Part shown: piece by piece, positions 39,101 through 51,600 of the stretch
How positions within the stretch are numbered: position 1 is the first letter of the stretch
Layout of the letters: the number at the start of each line of letters is the position of its first letter
Origin: Octopus bimaculoides
Lineage: Eukaryota
Assembly: GCF_001194135.2 (NCBI RefSeq)
Contig: NC_069006.1
Location: 6,817,149-6,872,243 of the forward strand
Direction: 5' to 3'
DNA: 55,095 nucleotides
The notes under the pieces: model-generated
The model's input: the letters and a program-made list of their open reading frames with translations, nothing else
Told to the model about the DNA's origin: nothing
The model's database searches: none
Position numbers and translations under genes: made by a program

Positions 39101-40183
39101 TTTAGAATTGCTTTATAAAGAGCATTCTAGTCACATCACATACAACTTATTGCTTGGGAATGGCTTTATAATGAACATTCTACTTGTAACCATATTGCCT
39201 TACTAATTATTATTTTGTTCATTTGCTTGTTTGTCTTGCATCTGATTTTCTATGTTAACATGTTTTGTGGGGAGACATTTTAAGACAGTGTTTTATGGCC
39301 AGGTGTCCTTCTTGTCACTAACCTTAATTATTTTTCAGGTAAAGGACTTTTTATTCCACTGGTCTTCAAAGGTGCTGAGCTAAGGACATTTTTTTTGCAT
39401 GGAATGGAAACATGACATCACATTTTCACTCAGATGGTGGTATATGAAAATACAGATGTAGAAACACACACACACACACATAAATATATATATATTTATG
39501 ATAGACTTCCATACAGTTTCCATCTACCAATTTCATTCACAAAGTACTGGTCAGCTCAAGGCTGTAGTAGAAGACATTTGCCCAACATGTCATGCTGTGA
39601 GATAGAATCTGAAACCCCATCATTATGAAGTGAACTCGATATCCATGCAACCATGCCTCTACTTTATGTTCATATCAAATTTTTCCACTTTTCCCTCATA
39701 ATATTGTGCATTCTTAATGTTATTTCTAAAATCATCCAATCAACAAGAGAACTAGTTTCAAATTTTGGCACAAGGCCAGAAAGTTCAGGGGAGGGAGTAA
39801 ATCGATTATTTTCTTGATCCTGAAAGGACAAAAGACAAAGCTGACCTCAGTGTGATTTGAGCTCAGAACGTAAGGACAGACAAAATACCTCTAAGCATTT
39901 TGCCAGCATGCTAATGATTCTGCCAGCTTGGCACCTTACAGGAATTTAATATAGTGAATGGGCAAACCAAAAGGTAAGTCATGGTTTGGACTTTCACCAG
40001 TTGTAGACAGGGATTAACATATTTCTCCCATTCTACTTTGGTTGGGTCAAATCCAATGTGGCGTCAAGACATTTCCACTTCCTTCATGTGGACTGAACTC
40101 TTTGACATGATCCATCTTCATTCTCAACATGTTCATTTTCATGGGATATTTACCAGTCTTTCTTGCCACAAATTTATATGGCA

Positions 40184-40468
40184 AGGTTCTTTGGAAATGC
40201 TATTTTCGATGTTTTGCTCCAATTTTTTTCTGATCTCACCAACAACAATTGAATTTAATGAGGAAGGATATTGCTTTAAGTCCCTCCAGTCCTACACAAC
40301 TTTAACGAGGTCAATAGCATTTAATCAACTTGTGTGTGATAATATCTGCTGGGAAAATATGAACAAAGAAAGAGTTCTAGAAAACTACAGTCTTCAGGGA
40401 AAAGGTTTGGGCAAAAAAATCTAATTCAAGGTTTGTGTGGTGAGATGCAGCATGGATGAGAGGAGGTG
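40184..40468 (+). repeat. 285-bp direct duplication, copy 1 (putative donor)
   Basis: AGGTTCTTTGGAAATG...GAGAGGAGGTG; identical by eye to 41352-41636 (offset 1168). Confidence 0.95.
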
Positions 40469-41104
40469 CATCAAATAAGTTTGGGACGAGGTGATATAGT
40501 TTGCTAATTTAGAGGAGCAGTAACATTTTTTTAGCAATCATAGAAAAGATAAATGGAGGATACAACCAGCGGAGAGAGAAAGAGAGAAAGTGTGTATCTC
40601 TCTCTCCCTCCCTCCCTCTCTCTCTCCCTCCTCTCTCTCTCCCTTCCTCCCTCTCTCTCTCTCTCTCTCTCCCTCCCTCTCTTTNNNNNNNNNNTCCCTC
40701 TCTCTCTCCCTCCTCTCTCTCTCCCTTCCTCCCTCTCTCTCTCTCTCTCTCTCCCTCCCTCTCTTTCTCTCTCTCTCTCTCTCTTGGTGGTCGAGTTTTT
40801 CCTATCAGTCACATAACTGTGTTTGAATGTTGTTTATGAAATGTGCATTTGTAGTATGTAAGCTGACCCAGGTATATGCAAGTTATCATCACAATTATAA
40901 TTTAATGTTTACATTTTCATGCTTGCATGAGTCAAATGGTATTTGTTGAGGCAGGTTTTTCTACAGTCAGATGCCCTTCCTATAGAAAACTTTACATGCT
41001 TCCAAGCAAGGTAATATTTCACCATGGCCAGATGTGTTTTTCATGGAAGACTGCAAATGAACAACATTGCTTGTACGATGGTGATGTTCACTTACAACCA
41101 TCAT

Positions 41105-41864
41105 GCTGGGCAAAGTTCAGAGAGCTTTTACCTTTGTTGGTAATTAAGGATCTCTCCCTTAGAGTGAAAGGCAGATTGTATGATTCCTGTATACATAAAG
41201 CTATGTTACATGGCAGTGAAACATAGGCTTTGACTACAGAGGGCTTTCAAAAGTTTGAAAGAAATGAAGCTAGCATACTTTGTTGGATGGGTAATGTCTG
41301 TGTGCATGCATGACAAAGTGTAAATGATTTAAGAGGAAAACTGGGTATAAGAGGTTCTTTGGAAATGCTATTTTCGATGTTTTGCTCCAATTTTTTTCTG
41401 ATCTCACCAACAACAATTGAATTTAATGAGGAAGGATATTGCTTTAAGTCCCTCCAGTCCTACACAACTTTAACGAGGTCAATAGCATTTAATCAACTTG
41501 TGTGTGATAATATCTGCTGGGAAAATATGAACAAAGAAAGAGTTCTAGAAAACTACAGTCTTCAGGGAAAAGGTTTGGGCAAAAAAATCTAATTCAAGGT
41601 TTGTGTGGTGAGATGCAGCATGGATGAGAGGAGGTGGGACGACTGCACTAGTTTGGTCATGTGATGCATATGGATGAGAACAGCTGCATAAAAAAGTACA
41701 AAGCTCTAACTGTGGAGGGAACCTGTGGAAAGGGTAGAACCAGGAAGACATGGGACAAAATAGTGAGAAAGGATCTTTGGACATTGGGCCTCACTGAGGA
41801 AATGACAAAGGACCAGGAGTTGAGGCAATTTGCTGTACTTGATAAGACATATCAAGCTAAGTAA
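41105..41864 (+). mobile_element. RTE-clade LINE, 3' coding remnant, interrupted by a 285-bp insertion
   Basis: WAKFRELLPLLVIKDLSLRVKGRLYDSCIHKAMLHGSET*ALT...LRGKLGIRG, then RLH*FGHVMHMDENSCIKK...EGTCGKGRTRKTWDKIVRKDL. These are typical RTE RT C-terminal motifs (YGSETW, RLRWFGHV, GRPRKTW). Confidence 0.9.
41352..41636 (+). repeat. 285-bp direct duplication, copy 2 (inside the RTE)
   Basis: Same sequence as 40184-40468. Splits the RTE reading between LGIRG and RLH*FGHV. Confidence 0.95.
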
Positions 41865-42035
41865 AATCACTGTCATCCATACATACAGGCTTGTCTTTTG
41901 CAGGTGCTGATACCACATAAGATGCACTCATGCTGTGTTGCATAAATGCATCCATGCTGGTGACACAAAAAAAACACCCAGTACACCCTGTAAAGTGGTT
42001 GGAATTAGGAAGGGCATCCAGTCATATAAATCATG
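41865..42035 (+). mobile_element. RTE 3' UTR/tail
   Basis: Follows the RTE stop codon. Contains AAAACACCCAGTACACCCTGTAAAGTGGTTGGAATTAGGAAGGGCATCCAG, shared with stand-alone copies at ~370 and ~5800. Confidence 0.7.
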
Positions 42036-45000
42036 CCACAACAGACTGCAGACTGTATGTGTACACTGAGTTGAAGAATGGATGAAACCATGATATTCTA
42101 TAATCAGAAGAGCTAACCTTTTTTAATGGTATAACCTTGAATTTGTACAATAGTACTATATATACACTAATACAGACATGTAAAATAATTTATTATACAC
42201 TAAGATATAAATTATTTTTTCATGATGTTGGTTGCATAATGATCATAATCTTATGGATATCAACTGCTAAAATAAATATATTCATCTCATATCCCCTGAC
42301 TTTCTTTACACACACACACATATATATATATAGACAGATAAATAGATATATACATGTGTATGTGGTTTGGTGCATACCATTGTCTAGACATCACATGATA
42401 GATGTAAATGAGAATCACTGCCATACAAACAAGATTGTTCATTTCCAGTCTTCTGTGAAAACATATCAAGCTTCAGGGAAATATCAGTTAGCTTGGAAAT
42501 AGGTGAGGGTTGTCAATATGAAGGGTATCCAGCCATAGGAAATCTGTCTGAACAAATTCCATCTGATCTATGCAAGCATGGAAAAGTGGATGCTTAATGA
42601 TAATGTATCTATTCAAAGAAGTGCATGTCTAGTGTGATGTGTTTGAGCTATGAATGGATAATGTCTAAGTTAAAGGATATCAAGTGAAGAGTGATATTAT
42701 CCATAAATAAGAATTGACAGAATTAAAAAAAAAAAAAGCATTAATGAAAGAAGAATGGGGAAGTCTTCAGCAGACATTGAAGCATATTTGAGTGTGGGTC
42801 AGAGAAGGCCCTACAAATTCATGCTATAAGGAAGTAGTGTTATCTCCATGAAGCATAATCCAAGACATGGGGCAGCTTTAGCAGGTGGTCTATGATTTGC
42901 TAACATCAAGACTAACAAGATGCGATTGTTGTGTTTTAGAGGCCACAGGCCAATGACATCAGGAAGTAGATCTCTGTTGGTGTTCAACAGAGATCTAAGT
43001 TGGTGGTCACTGATGAGGGTGAAGAGCTATAGATGACAACACGAGTTGGTTACAACTATCTATCACATTTGGGATGATGAAGGTGAGGGAAATAGGTCAG
43101 TAGTTGTCAGGTTGGGAGAAGTTGCTGTCCTTGGGAATAAGACATTGTCACACATTTCCATTAATTGGAATAGATATACATGGAGAAAAACATGAACCAG
43201 CCTAGAGTTGCTGTGTCTGCAGATAATAACAGTTACACTATCAGTTCCGGTCATCTTGGTGGCTGTTATCTTAAACAGATCAAGCAACTAAATAGGAAGC
43301 ACATTCACTGGAAGATGAGAGTTCCGAAATTGCTAATGCTGTTGATGATGATATTCCTGTTGTTGATAATTATGAGCATGAAGGTAATGCTATATTTATA
43401 GTGATGAGCTACAGCTCTGTCAGTTAAACTAAATGTGGTGTCAGAAGAAATGATAAGTTAGAAATGTAGCATCATCCTAACTTGTCAATTTCGTAATTTA
43501 CACTATCATTTTTCAATACCCTGTGTAAAGATGTAATCAGATAAAAGAACTCTCACAGTATTTAAGAGCTTTAGGTCAATGAGTTTCATTCAGAATATAA
43601 ATTAACAAATAAACAGAAATAGAAAAATTAGATTGCAAGCAAAAAAGAAAAAAAGAAACACTTATTCTATTTGATGTGAGTAAATAAATCTATTACAGGT
43701 GTTCTCAAGAATAAGTAATACTTTCACCTTCTTGCAATAGTGGCATCAGTAAATCACTGACATTAATAAATGAGAAACCCATGTTTAGTGGAATCAGTCA
43801 CAAGTAGTAATATCAGATTTGCTCCTACTGTGTGTCGTGTGTGTTTCTGTGTAAGTTCTAGTATGCCAAAGATACCCACAACCCAGTTTCAAGTATCAGC
43901 TGAAAGATTTCACTTTTCTTATGTTGTATCTTTAGATGTCTAAGTGTTATAGAGGGATACATTTCACAAGACTGCCATCTCCTTGACACTCAACTTAGAA
44001 ATGAAACCCTCTGAAACACCCAAAAACCAAAGGATATTTACGAAGCCTTTTTGAAGGGTCAAAATCTTAGGTTGAATCTCTAGATTTATTTTAACTTGGA
44101 ATCAAAACTGCACAGCAAACTCTACATTACTCAGTGCTTGCACCATTCACACATGCACACACACACACATGCACAAATGTAGTGAAACCTCTACAAACAC
44201 AGAGAAACTACTCTATAAGAAAGCACATTCAGCAAAACCATTTCATACACACTCAGTCAAACTCCGAGAAGCACTCACCTGATCCTCCTACCATCTCCAT
44301 TCTAAATTCTACTAACACATGTTGTTATGGTGCTACAATAATGTAAAATCCGAGACACGCTTCCCTTTATTCATGCCATAGCTATTTGAAATTTTCTTAA
44401 GAAGAGTCAAGCAAGTATCTATAATATACAAGATTAAATAAACTGACATCAATCATTGCTATTTGAAATAAGGTCACACCTATCTGACCTTAAGTGTCTC
44501 TGAAAAGATTGTATAATTTATTTGCCAGATGATTGATGTGTACAAAATCTAATTTCTTTTATAAGCATAAATCTTTTTCAGACTTATCGTCTATGAGAAG
44601 TCGTGAGAGACATTCCTTTCCAACAAAATAAACAATTTAAGTCAAACAGTTCTGACTGGGAATTTAACAAAAATCAAAGACTCCATTAAACAGGAATAAA
44701 AAGATATATAGAGTAAATGGCACTTCTGTGTCATGGAGTTTATTAAGGTCTTTAAAAAAGGTAAGTTAGCTGGGAATGTTTTAGAACACAGTAGAGGACT
44801 AGTGATAAGAAACAAACTGACTAAATCTGGTTGACAAAAGCAGAATCCTAGCAAAATGGCAGCAGTCTGTGTCAGCACAACATGTCACATACTGTGGTTG
44901 ATGATTTTCATGAAGTCTACTAGTGGGGGGATAAGAGGACAGTGATCTTTCAGAATTGACACTTCATCTGACAATGTATGTACATATATACATATGCACA

Positions 45001-45129
45001 TGTGCTTGTAAGTATGGGTGTGAGCAAAGGTGTTGAGCACTCATTCTCCCTGTTTGATACTAGTGTAGCAGCACTTCCAGCATTCTTAAATATCACACAA
45101 GCACTAAATATGAACATAGACTCAAAACA

Positions 45130-46290
45130 AACCATATAAAAACATGAAGAGAAAACATCTCTGAAGAAAATTCCTCTTCCACCATGGAAATCTACATCAG
45201 GCATCTTATTGATAAGAAAGAAAATGTCCTGAAGAGAATGAAATGGAAAGCCTATTTCTTTCATAAAGGTACAAACCTTCATTCAGAAGGCAGTTACAGT
45301 TTCAGGTCTAACCAAAATCCACCACATATTGAAGATTTAGATAGGTTTGAAGATGACCTCATGAGATTAGATAAAAATGTTAAATTCAACCTTAGCTCTA
45401 ATAGCTTCCAATAACTACCAGCATAAATTACAAACATGTCTTGAACCTTTTAAGAACTCTCCAAACACATTTATAAAAGCATATAAAACAAAAAATGCAT
45501 ACATCAACTTCTAATTGATAACACAGCTAAAACATATACAAAAAATGGATCTTATGACATAGTTTAATCAACAACAAGGCACAGAAATGTAGCCATGAAA
45601 CTTGACATCAACAATAGAGTGCAATGACTCATCTTGTGAAAACCTTTTGTAACCTTGAAGGACCATAAAGACAATTTTATGTAAAACTCTAGTTGTAGAT
45701 TGATGAAAAGCAATATAGGCATTTTTAGAAAATCTATACTAGAAAATGTCATATGACATATCAGAGCCTCCTCAATGGATATGTAGCAGAGCAACCATTC
45801 AGTGGTTTAAGAAAATTAAACTTATGGAATTTACCCCTTGATCTCCAAAAGCCTGCTCCAAAAGTCATTCAAGATTAATAAATTATACTTTACAATGGTC
45901 ACTAACAACAATATAGACATTATAATGAATGCAAGGTAGCCATAGCTCTTTCATAATAATACTAAAAAGAGTGGAGATGAGCTATTTGATGTTGCTATAG
46001 GGATCCATGATGGAGCTGAGATAGTGGATCTGGTTAGCCTTTATATCCTAAACAATGAAACAGAAGCTGACATAAGGTTATACAGGGATGACAGTCTAGG
46101 AGTAGTACATAACAAAAGCAGACACAATATGAATAAAATAAGAAAGAAACTTTGCAAAATATTTAGTGAACTCAATCTAAACTTAGCATTAACTTTAAAG
46201 AAGTTAATTTCCAAAACATTAATATGGATCTTAGCACAGGAAAATTCAAATCCTTCCGTAAACTGAGGATACCTCCTACACTGACAGAGG
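45130..46290 (+). mobile_element. Decayed Penelope-like element (PLE), RT region; GIY-YIG domain not seen
   Basis: IYIRHLIDKKENVLKRMKWKAYFF; PPHIEDLDRFEDDL; FVTLKDHKDNF..CRL; DELFDVAIGIHDGAEIVDLVSLYIL (cf. [22 protein letters not shown]); RLYRDDSLG (YRDD catalytic motif); DLSTGKFKSFRK. Frameshifted and internally deleted. Confidence 0.88.
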
Positions 46291-46953
46291 GTCTACCCAT
46301 CCACCATCAATACATGCAGAAGCAACAATTCATACTTCAATGTTTCAAGCATGATCCTCAACCTCACCCACTTTGTCATCTATCCAACCTGAATAAGTTT
46401 TGGATATGCGTGTTTACACACACACACACACACACACCACATATATATGGGTGTGCACGAGTGTTTTCACATAAGATAATTAAGGAATTAACTAATCTAT
46501 GATGAATGCAAATTCTTGCAAAAATTCAGGGCCAATTAATATATTCTTATAAATTACCTACCCTGATCTGTGTATTTATTTGGAAATCCCGTATAGTCTT
46601 GCATAATCTTGTGCATTCTCATCCCAACTGGAGATAAGTACCAACATTCCCAAGTGGTTCACTAGAATAACTGTGGAGATCTCTTCTACATCAAACCATC
46701 AGCTGCCTTGTTAATCCACAAATAAAGTACGTGTGTGTGTGTATGTGTATGTGTATACACATGCAGACACACGCACACACACACACATACATGTATGCAC
46801 ATTTGTACACTATAGGCTTTTCTACGATTTCTCTCAATGAAACTCACAAAACTTGCCTAATGTGTCACGCAAGGGGACTGAAACTGAAACCAACATGGCT
46901 GAGAAACAAACTTTTTAATAACGCTGCTATGCCTGCACTTGTAACATATATAT

Positions 46954-47548
46954 CATCATCATTTAACGTTCACTTTTCCATGCTTTCATGGGTCATTCAG
47001 AATTTGTTGAAGCAAATCATTATGGTGTATACATATGCATATATTTGTATTTATATATATATAAGTTAATTATTCAGACTTCGGGTATATGTCTATTAGT
47101 ATGCCGATTAAAGCACTTTCACCGTTTGGGCTACCTGATGTCATCCACAGTTACGGTATAATTTCCACTAGATCTACATCAGGAATTCCCCAGTGTTCAT
47201 TTGGTTTATGATTGATGAGGGAAACAGAAAATGAATTTGGTATGAATCTTTAATGTGACAATCATTTCAACCCATCCTGCAGCTGTCCCTCAATTATAAA
47301 CCAAATGAACACTGTGGAATTCTTGATGTAGATCTAGTGGAAATTATACTGTAACTGTGGATGACATCAGGTAGCCCAAACAGTGAAAGTGCTTTAATCG
47401 GCATACTAATAGACATATACCCAAAGTCTGAATAATTACTTATATATATAAATACAAATATATGTATATGTATACACCATAATGATTTGCTTTGACAAAT
47501 TCTGAATGACCCATGAAAGCATGGAAAAGTGAATGTTAAATGATGATG
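46954..47548. repeat. Long inverted repeat: arms ~46954-47227 and ~47283-47548, ~55-bp spacer
   Basis: Hand alignment of the left arm to the reverse complement of the right gives about 95% identity (~11 substitutions plus small indels), many of them CpG-type transitions. Confidence 0.95.
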
Positions 47549-48760
47549 TATATATATAAATTGCTGTTTGTACACACACAAATTATAGGGTTTCTCCATT
47601 AGTTTCCATCCACCAAATTCATTCACAAGTCATTGGTCAATCTGAGGTTAGGCAAGGAAACATCTTTCCAAACTACCATGCTGTGGGTTTTAACTCTGAA
47701 CCACATCATTGCAAAGCTAACCTCTTTACCACATGGCCATGCCTGTTCTCTTTTAGAGACAATTTACTGCAGCATCATTTACTTGTTAGAGAATGTGAAA
47801 AGGAAGGAAGGTGTAAGAGAGAAAATAATGTAGTCTGCTGCTTTCTTTACATAAAATTATTTCGTAAATACCATTTTATAAGGTTTTTTTTTTTTAAATA
47901 AATTTGTCTTTTGCAAACACACACACACACACACACTCAAAAATAAACTCAATTGAAAGACATTACCATTATTTCTTTCATCCAATAAAGTCAAGTCACT
48001 AATTTGTACTTAATATCTTTCCATAATGATGTATTATTGAAACCAAATGGCTCAAATTTATGGTTATAGCTGTCGGAAAGATCTGACTTTATTCAGAACA
48101 ATTACTAATTTTTCCGTTACAGATCGCTAAACAATACAATATTTCACCAGACACATAACTGTAGAAGGTAAAACATTATTGTTCTTAGAAATAGTAAGCT
48201 TTTATATAATTCAACAAACTGTTTGGAAGGTTCACATTACAACCGAAGCAAAATTAATAAACTTATGAAACAGATTTAATAAAATAATAATAAAAAATTT
48301 TTAAATAGAATGAAAACTTTCTCAGTCTATTTTTGCTTCTTATTCGCATTTTTAGTTATCATTGAAACTGAAAGCAGTGCTTACATTTTTTTTACTTACC
48401 TTTCATTTTTTAACTGATTAAGATTTTTTTTTAGACGATATTAATAGCAATTATATGAAACCTCTATACATTATTTACTCTTTGTTATGTAAATTGTTAA
48501 TGTATGTAATAAAAATCTGTATAAAAATTGAACATAATATTTTATTTAAGTCAATAATTTTAAGTTTGCAACTATAATTTGTACACTTTTCTAATACTAT
48601 AGTTCTTCAGAGGCTGACACATTTTCACAACTTTAAACTGCAGGAAAATTGGAGAGAAAAAAAAATTCATCTGATTGTTTGAAACACCTGCAAACTGTAA
48701 ATTTCTATAGAAGCAAGGATGGAGATATCAAATACATTATGTTTATAAGACTACCATTAA

Positions 48761-48981
48761 CCCTCCCTCTTGATACCACTGGCCTGACACCACTTTTAGT
48801 TCTATGATAAAACTTCTTGTTTTAAAGCGATTTAAATTAAAACCTTCTTTTAAAGTTTCATGTTAATCTATGTTTCAAAATCCAGCTTAATAACTGCAAA
48901 GTGATTTTATTGGATTCTTTATTTTCAAAATTAATTGAAACAAAGGCAGTGTATTTCAACAGGAATATGGTCATGAAAGGG
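48761..48981. mobile_element. piggyBac-like MITE, family P2 (opposite orientation)
   Basis: TTAA-CCCT...GAAAGGG-TTAG. The interior resembles the reverse complement of 24248-24451. A partial copy lies at ~34650-34770. Confidence 0.65.
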
Positions 48982-49283
48982 TTAGCAACCTTTGAATTAT
49001 TCAGAGCTCAATTTGGTAAATGAACACTTAAATTTCCCAATCATTTCAAACAAATGTGAAAAATAATGGTTTCAAATTCTGGCATAAGGCCAGCAATTTC
49101 AGAGGGAGGGTTCAGTTGATTACATCAACCCCAGTGCTCAACTGGTACCAGTTTTACTGACCCCCCAAAAGGATGAAAGGCAAAGTCAATGTCAGCAAAA
49201 AACTTAGAGTGTAAAGAGCCAAAAAAAAGTCTGCTGAGCATTTTGTCCAATACATTAATGGTCCTGCTAGCTCACTGCCTTAA

Positions 49284-49502
49284 CTCTTTAGCATTTCAAC
49301 TGGCCATATCCAGCCCAAATATTCTACCTGTATTGTGTTCAAACCAGCTAGATCCAGCCTCTCACACCTACCCAACAGTGTTATTCTAAAAATAAACAAT
49401 CCCATCATTAAATCCTCAAAGCTGCAAGATATTGCATGATTAATTCAAAACAATGTAATTAAATAGCATAAGATTTGACAGAGCAATCTGAATGCTAAAG
49501 GG
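49284..49502. mobile_element. piggyBac-like MITE, family P1
   Basis: TTAA-CTCTTTAGCATT...AATGCTAAAGGG-TTAA. Confidence 0.8.
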
Positions 49503-50577
49503 TTAAACATGGTAACAATTACAATTAAATGAACTGATATTTGCACATATTGGGGTCAGACTCAACATGATATTACAAGTTCTTGGCAAAAACATTAACT
49601 GTTCAGGAAATAAATAGTTAATTCTGATTAAGACTACAAGCTTACATTTTTATGTGTTCAGAAAACAGAAAGCTACAAACTCTAAATCACTAGAAATATG
49701 AACAGAAGACATCAGAAACTAGAGATCTGTACTTGCACATCAAATGGAATACAAAATGAACATATTTTATTTGTTGTTACAAATTTACAAGATTGTTTTC
49801 TTACAATGTTCACATATTAAATATACATACATAAGAAAATATTTCTTCTTTCTCTAAAGTCTATCAAGTGAGCAGTAGCGTACATTATTATCTTAAAGTG
49901 GCACATGTCAATAAAACTATTCAAAAGGCTAAGAGGATAATTGGGAATCCATAAGATCAACCACGGTGTTTAGACCATATTGATTAATAATAGATTAATC
50001 TACTTTGTATGTGTTTCTTTCTCAGAATTACACCAGATAAAAAATCTTTGAAAACAAGCGTGTGTGAATTTAGAAACAAAAACAACCGCTACAACTCTAA
50101 CAACAAGAATATATATCGTAAAACTGGGTGAAAAACAATATGATGTAGTTAACATAACTGGCATATCATAGCTATCGAAATAGTAAATGGCTCTAGATCA
50201 AGAAAAAAAAAATACTAAAGAACTGCTGTTATTGTTTTTTTTTAATGGAAACTATCAAAAATGTTAAAAGAAATCTCTCAGAGATGAAAGAAGTTTAATA
50301 AAAACAAACCTAATATGTTACTAGTGAAAATATAGATAGAATAGATATGAAAAATGGTAAATAACTTTAAAATACAGGCTTTTTCTCTTCAACACAATTG
50401 TAATATAAATTGAACTTTCACTGTCTCATGATAATACTGTTTCTGTGGTTTTGATAATGTAAAATGACTAAAAGTTGCTGAAAAGAATGGCATAAATTTA
50501 TAGCAACATTCACAAACTCTGGTTGGAGTGAATCTAATTGACCACAAATCAAAATTGTTGTTATTGTGTAGCCTTAG

Positions 50578-50621
50578 TCTACTCTGGCTCGACTGACATA
50601 TCGAAGGCACAAAAATAGCAG
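50578..50621 (+). CDS. Candidate small exon
   Basis: GTTATTGTGTAGCCTTAG|...AGCAG|GTAAAT. Open frame STLARLTYRRHKNS; two CpGs retained in CpG-poor DNA. Confidence 0.2.
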
Positions 50622-50944
50622 GTAAATACTTTTATTTGATCAAATTTTTATTCTCTAGCTCTGAATATAAATGTGGGCATGATGCTGAAAAGTTTAAAAA
50701 ACTGCAATCTCCCATTGTAAAGTGGGCAGGGGGTTTGTTGAAAGAAATGTTGCTGTTTTATTGAAGAGCTTTACTGACTACAGAAAATTTACTTTGAAGC
50801 TAGATTTTGCAAATAGAAGTGCAGAATAAAAAGAAATCAATTTGTTCAAAGAGATTTTGAACTGTAAACAGCAGATTGTGGTCTTATGAGTTTATAAAAT
50901 CAAAAACGGTGACAATAGCATTGATGATAATGGTAATAATCCTC

Positions 50945-51600
50945 TCTACTAAAGGCACAAGGCCTGTAATTTTGGGGGAGGGGACTTCTCAATTACACTG
51001 ACCCCAGTACTTGACTGATACTTAATTTATCAATCCCAAAAGGATGAAAGGAAGTCAACCTCGACAGAATTTGAACTCAGAACATGGTGACAGGCAAAAT
51101 ACCACTAAGCATTTTGCTTGGCATGCTAACTATTCTTATTTCTTTATTGCCCACAAGGGGCTAAACATAGAGAGGACAAACAAGGACAGACAAAGGGATT
51201 AAGTCGATTACATCGACCCCAGTGCGCAACTGGTACTTAATTTATCGACCCCGAAAGGATGAAAGGCAAAGTCGACCTTGGCAGAATGTGAACTCAGAAC
51301 GTAGCGGCAGACGAAATACCGCTAAGCATTTCGCCCGGCATGCTAACTATTCTGCCAGCTCAACACCTTAATGATAATAGTAATAATGATTTCAAATTTT
51401 TGCCACAAGGGCAGCTTGGGGTGGGGATTAAGTCGACTACATCAACTCCAGTGCATAACTGGTACTTATTTAATCAACCCCAAAACGATGAATAACAAAG
51501 TCGACCTCAGTGGAATTTGAACTCAGAATGTAGCGGCAGATGAAATACCATTTAGCATTTTGCCCTGTGTACTAATGATTCTGTTAGCTTGCTGCCTTAA
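50945..51600 (-). mobile_element. Cluster of family-B SINEs including a young nested copy (51137-51336)
   Basis: Three collinear bodies. The middle one retains CpGs (GTCGATTACATCGACCCC, GTAGCGGCAGACGAAATACCGCTAAGC). Other family-B copies lie at ~29460-29600 (+), 31070-31220 (+), 39750-39935 (-) and 49065-49275 (-). Confidence 0.88.

Noticed and set aside
40465-40530. Mariner-like terminal sequence (also ~50670)
   Set aside because: Resemblance is from memory only; no partner TIR or TA TSD was found.
40600-40784. Tandem duplication of a CT-rich block
   Set aside because: The copies directly flank a 10-N gap, so this is most likely contig-end overlap.
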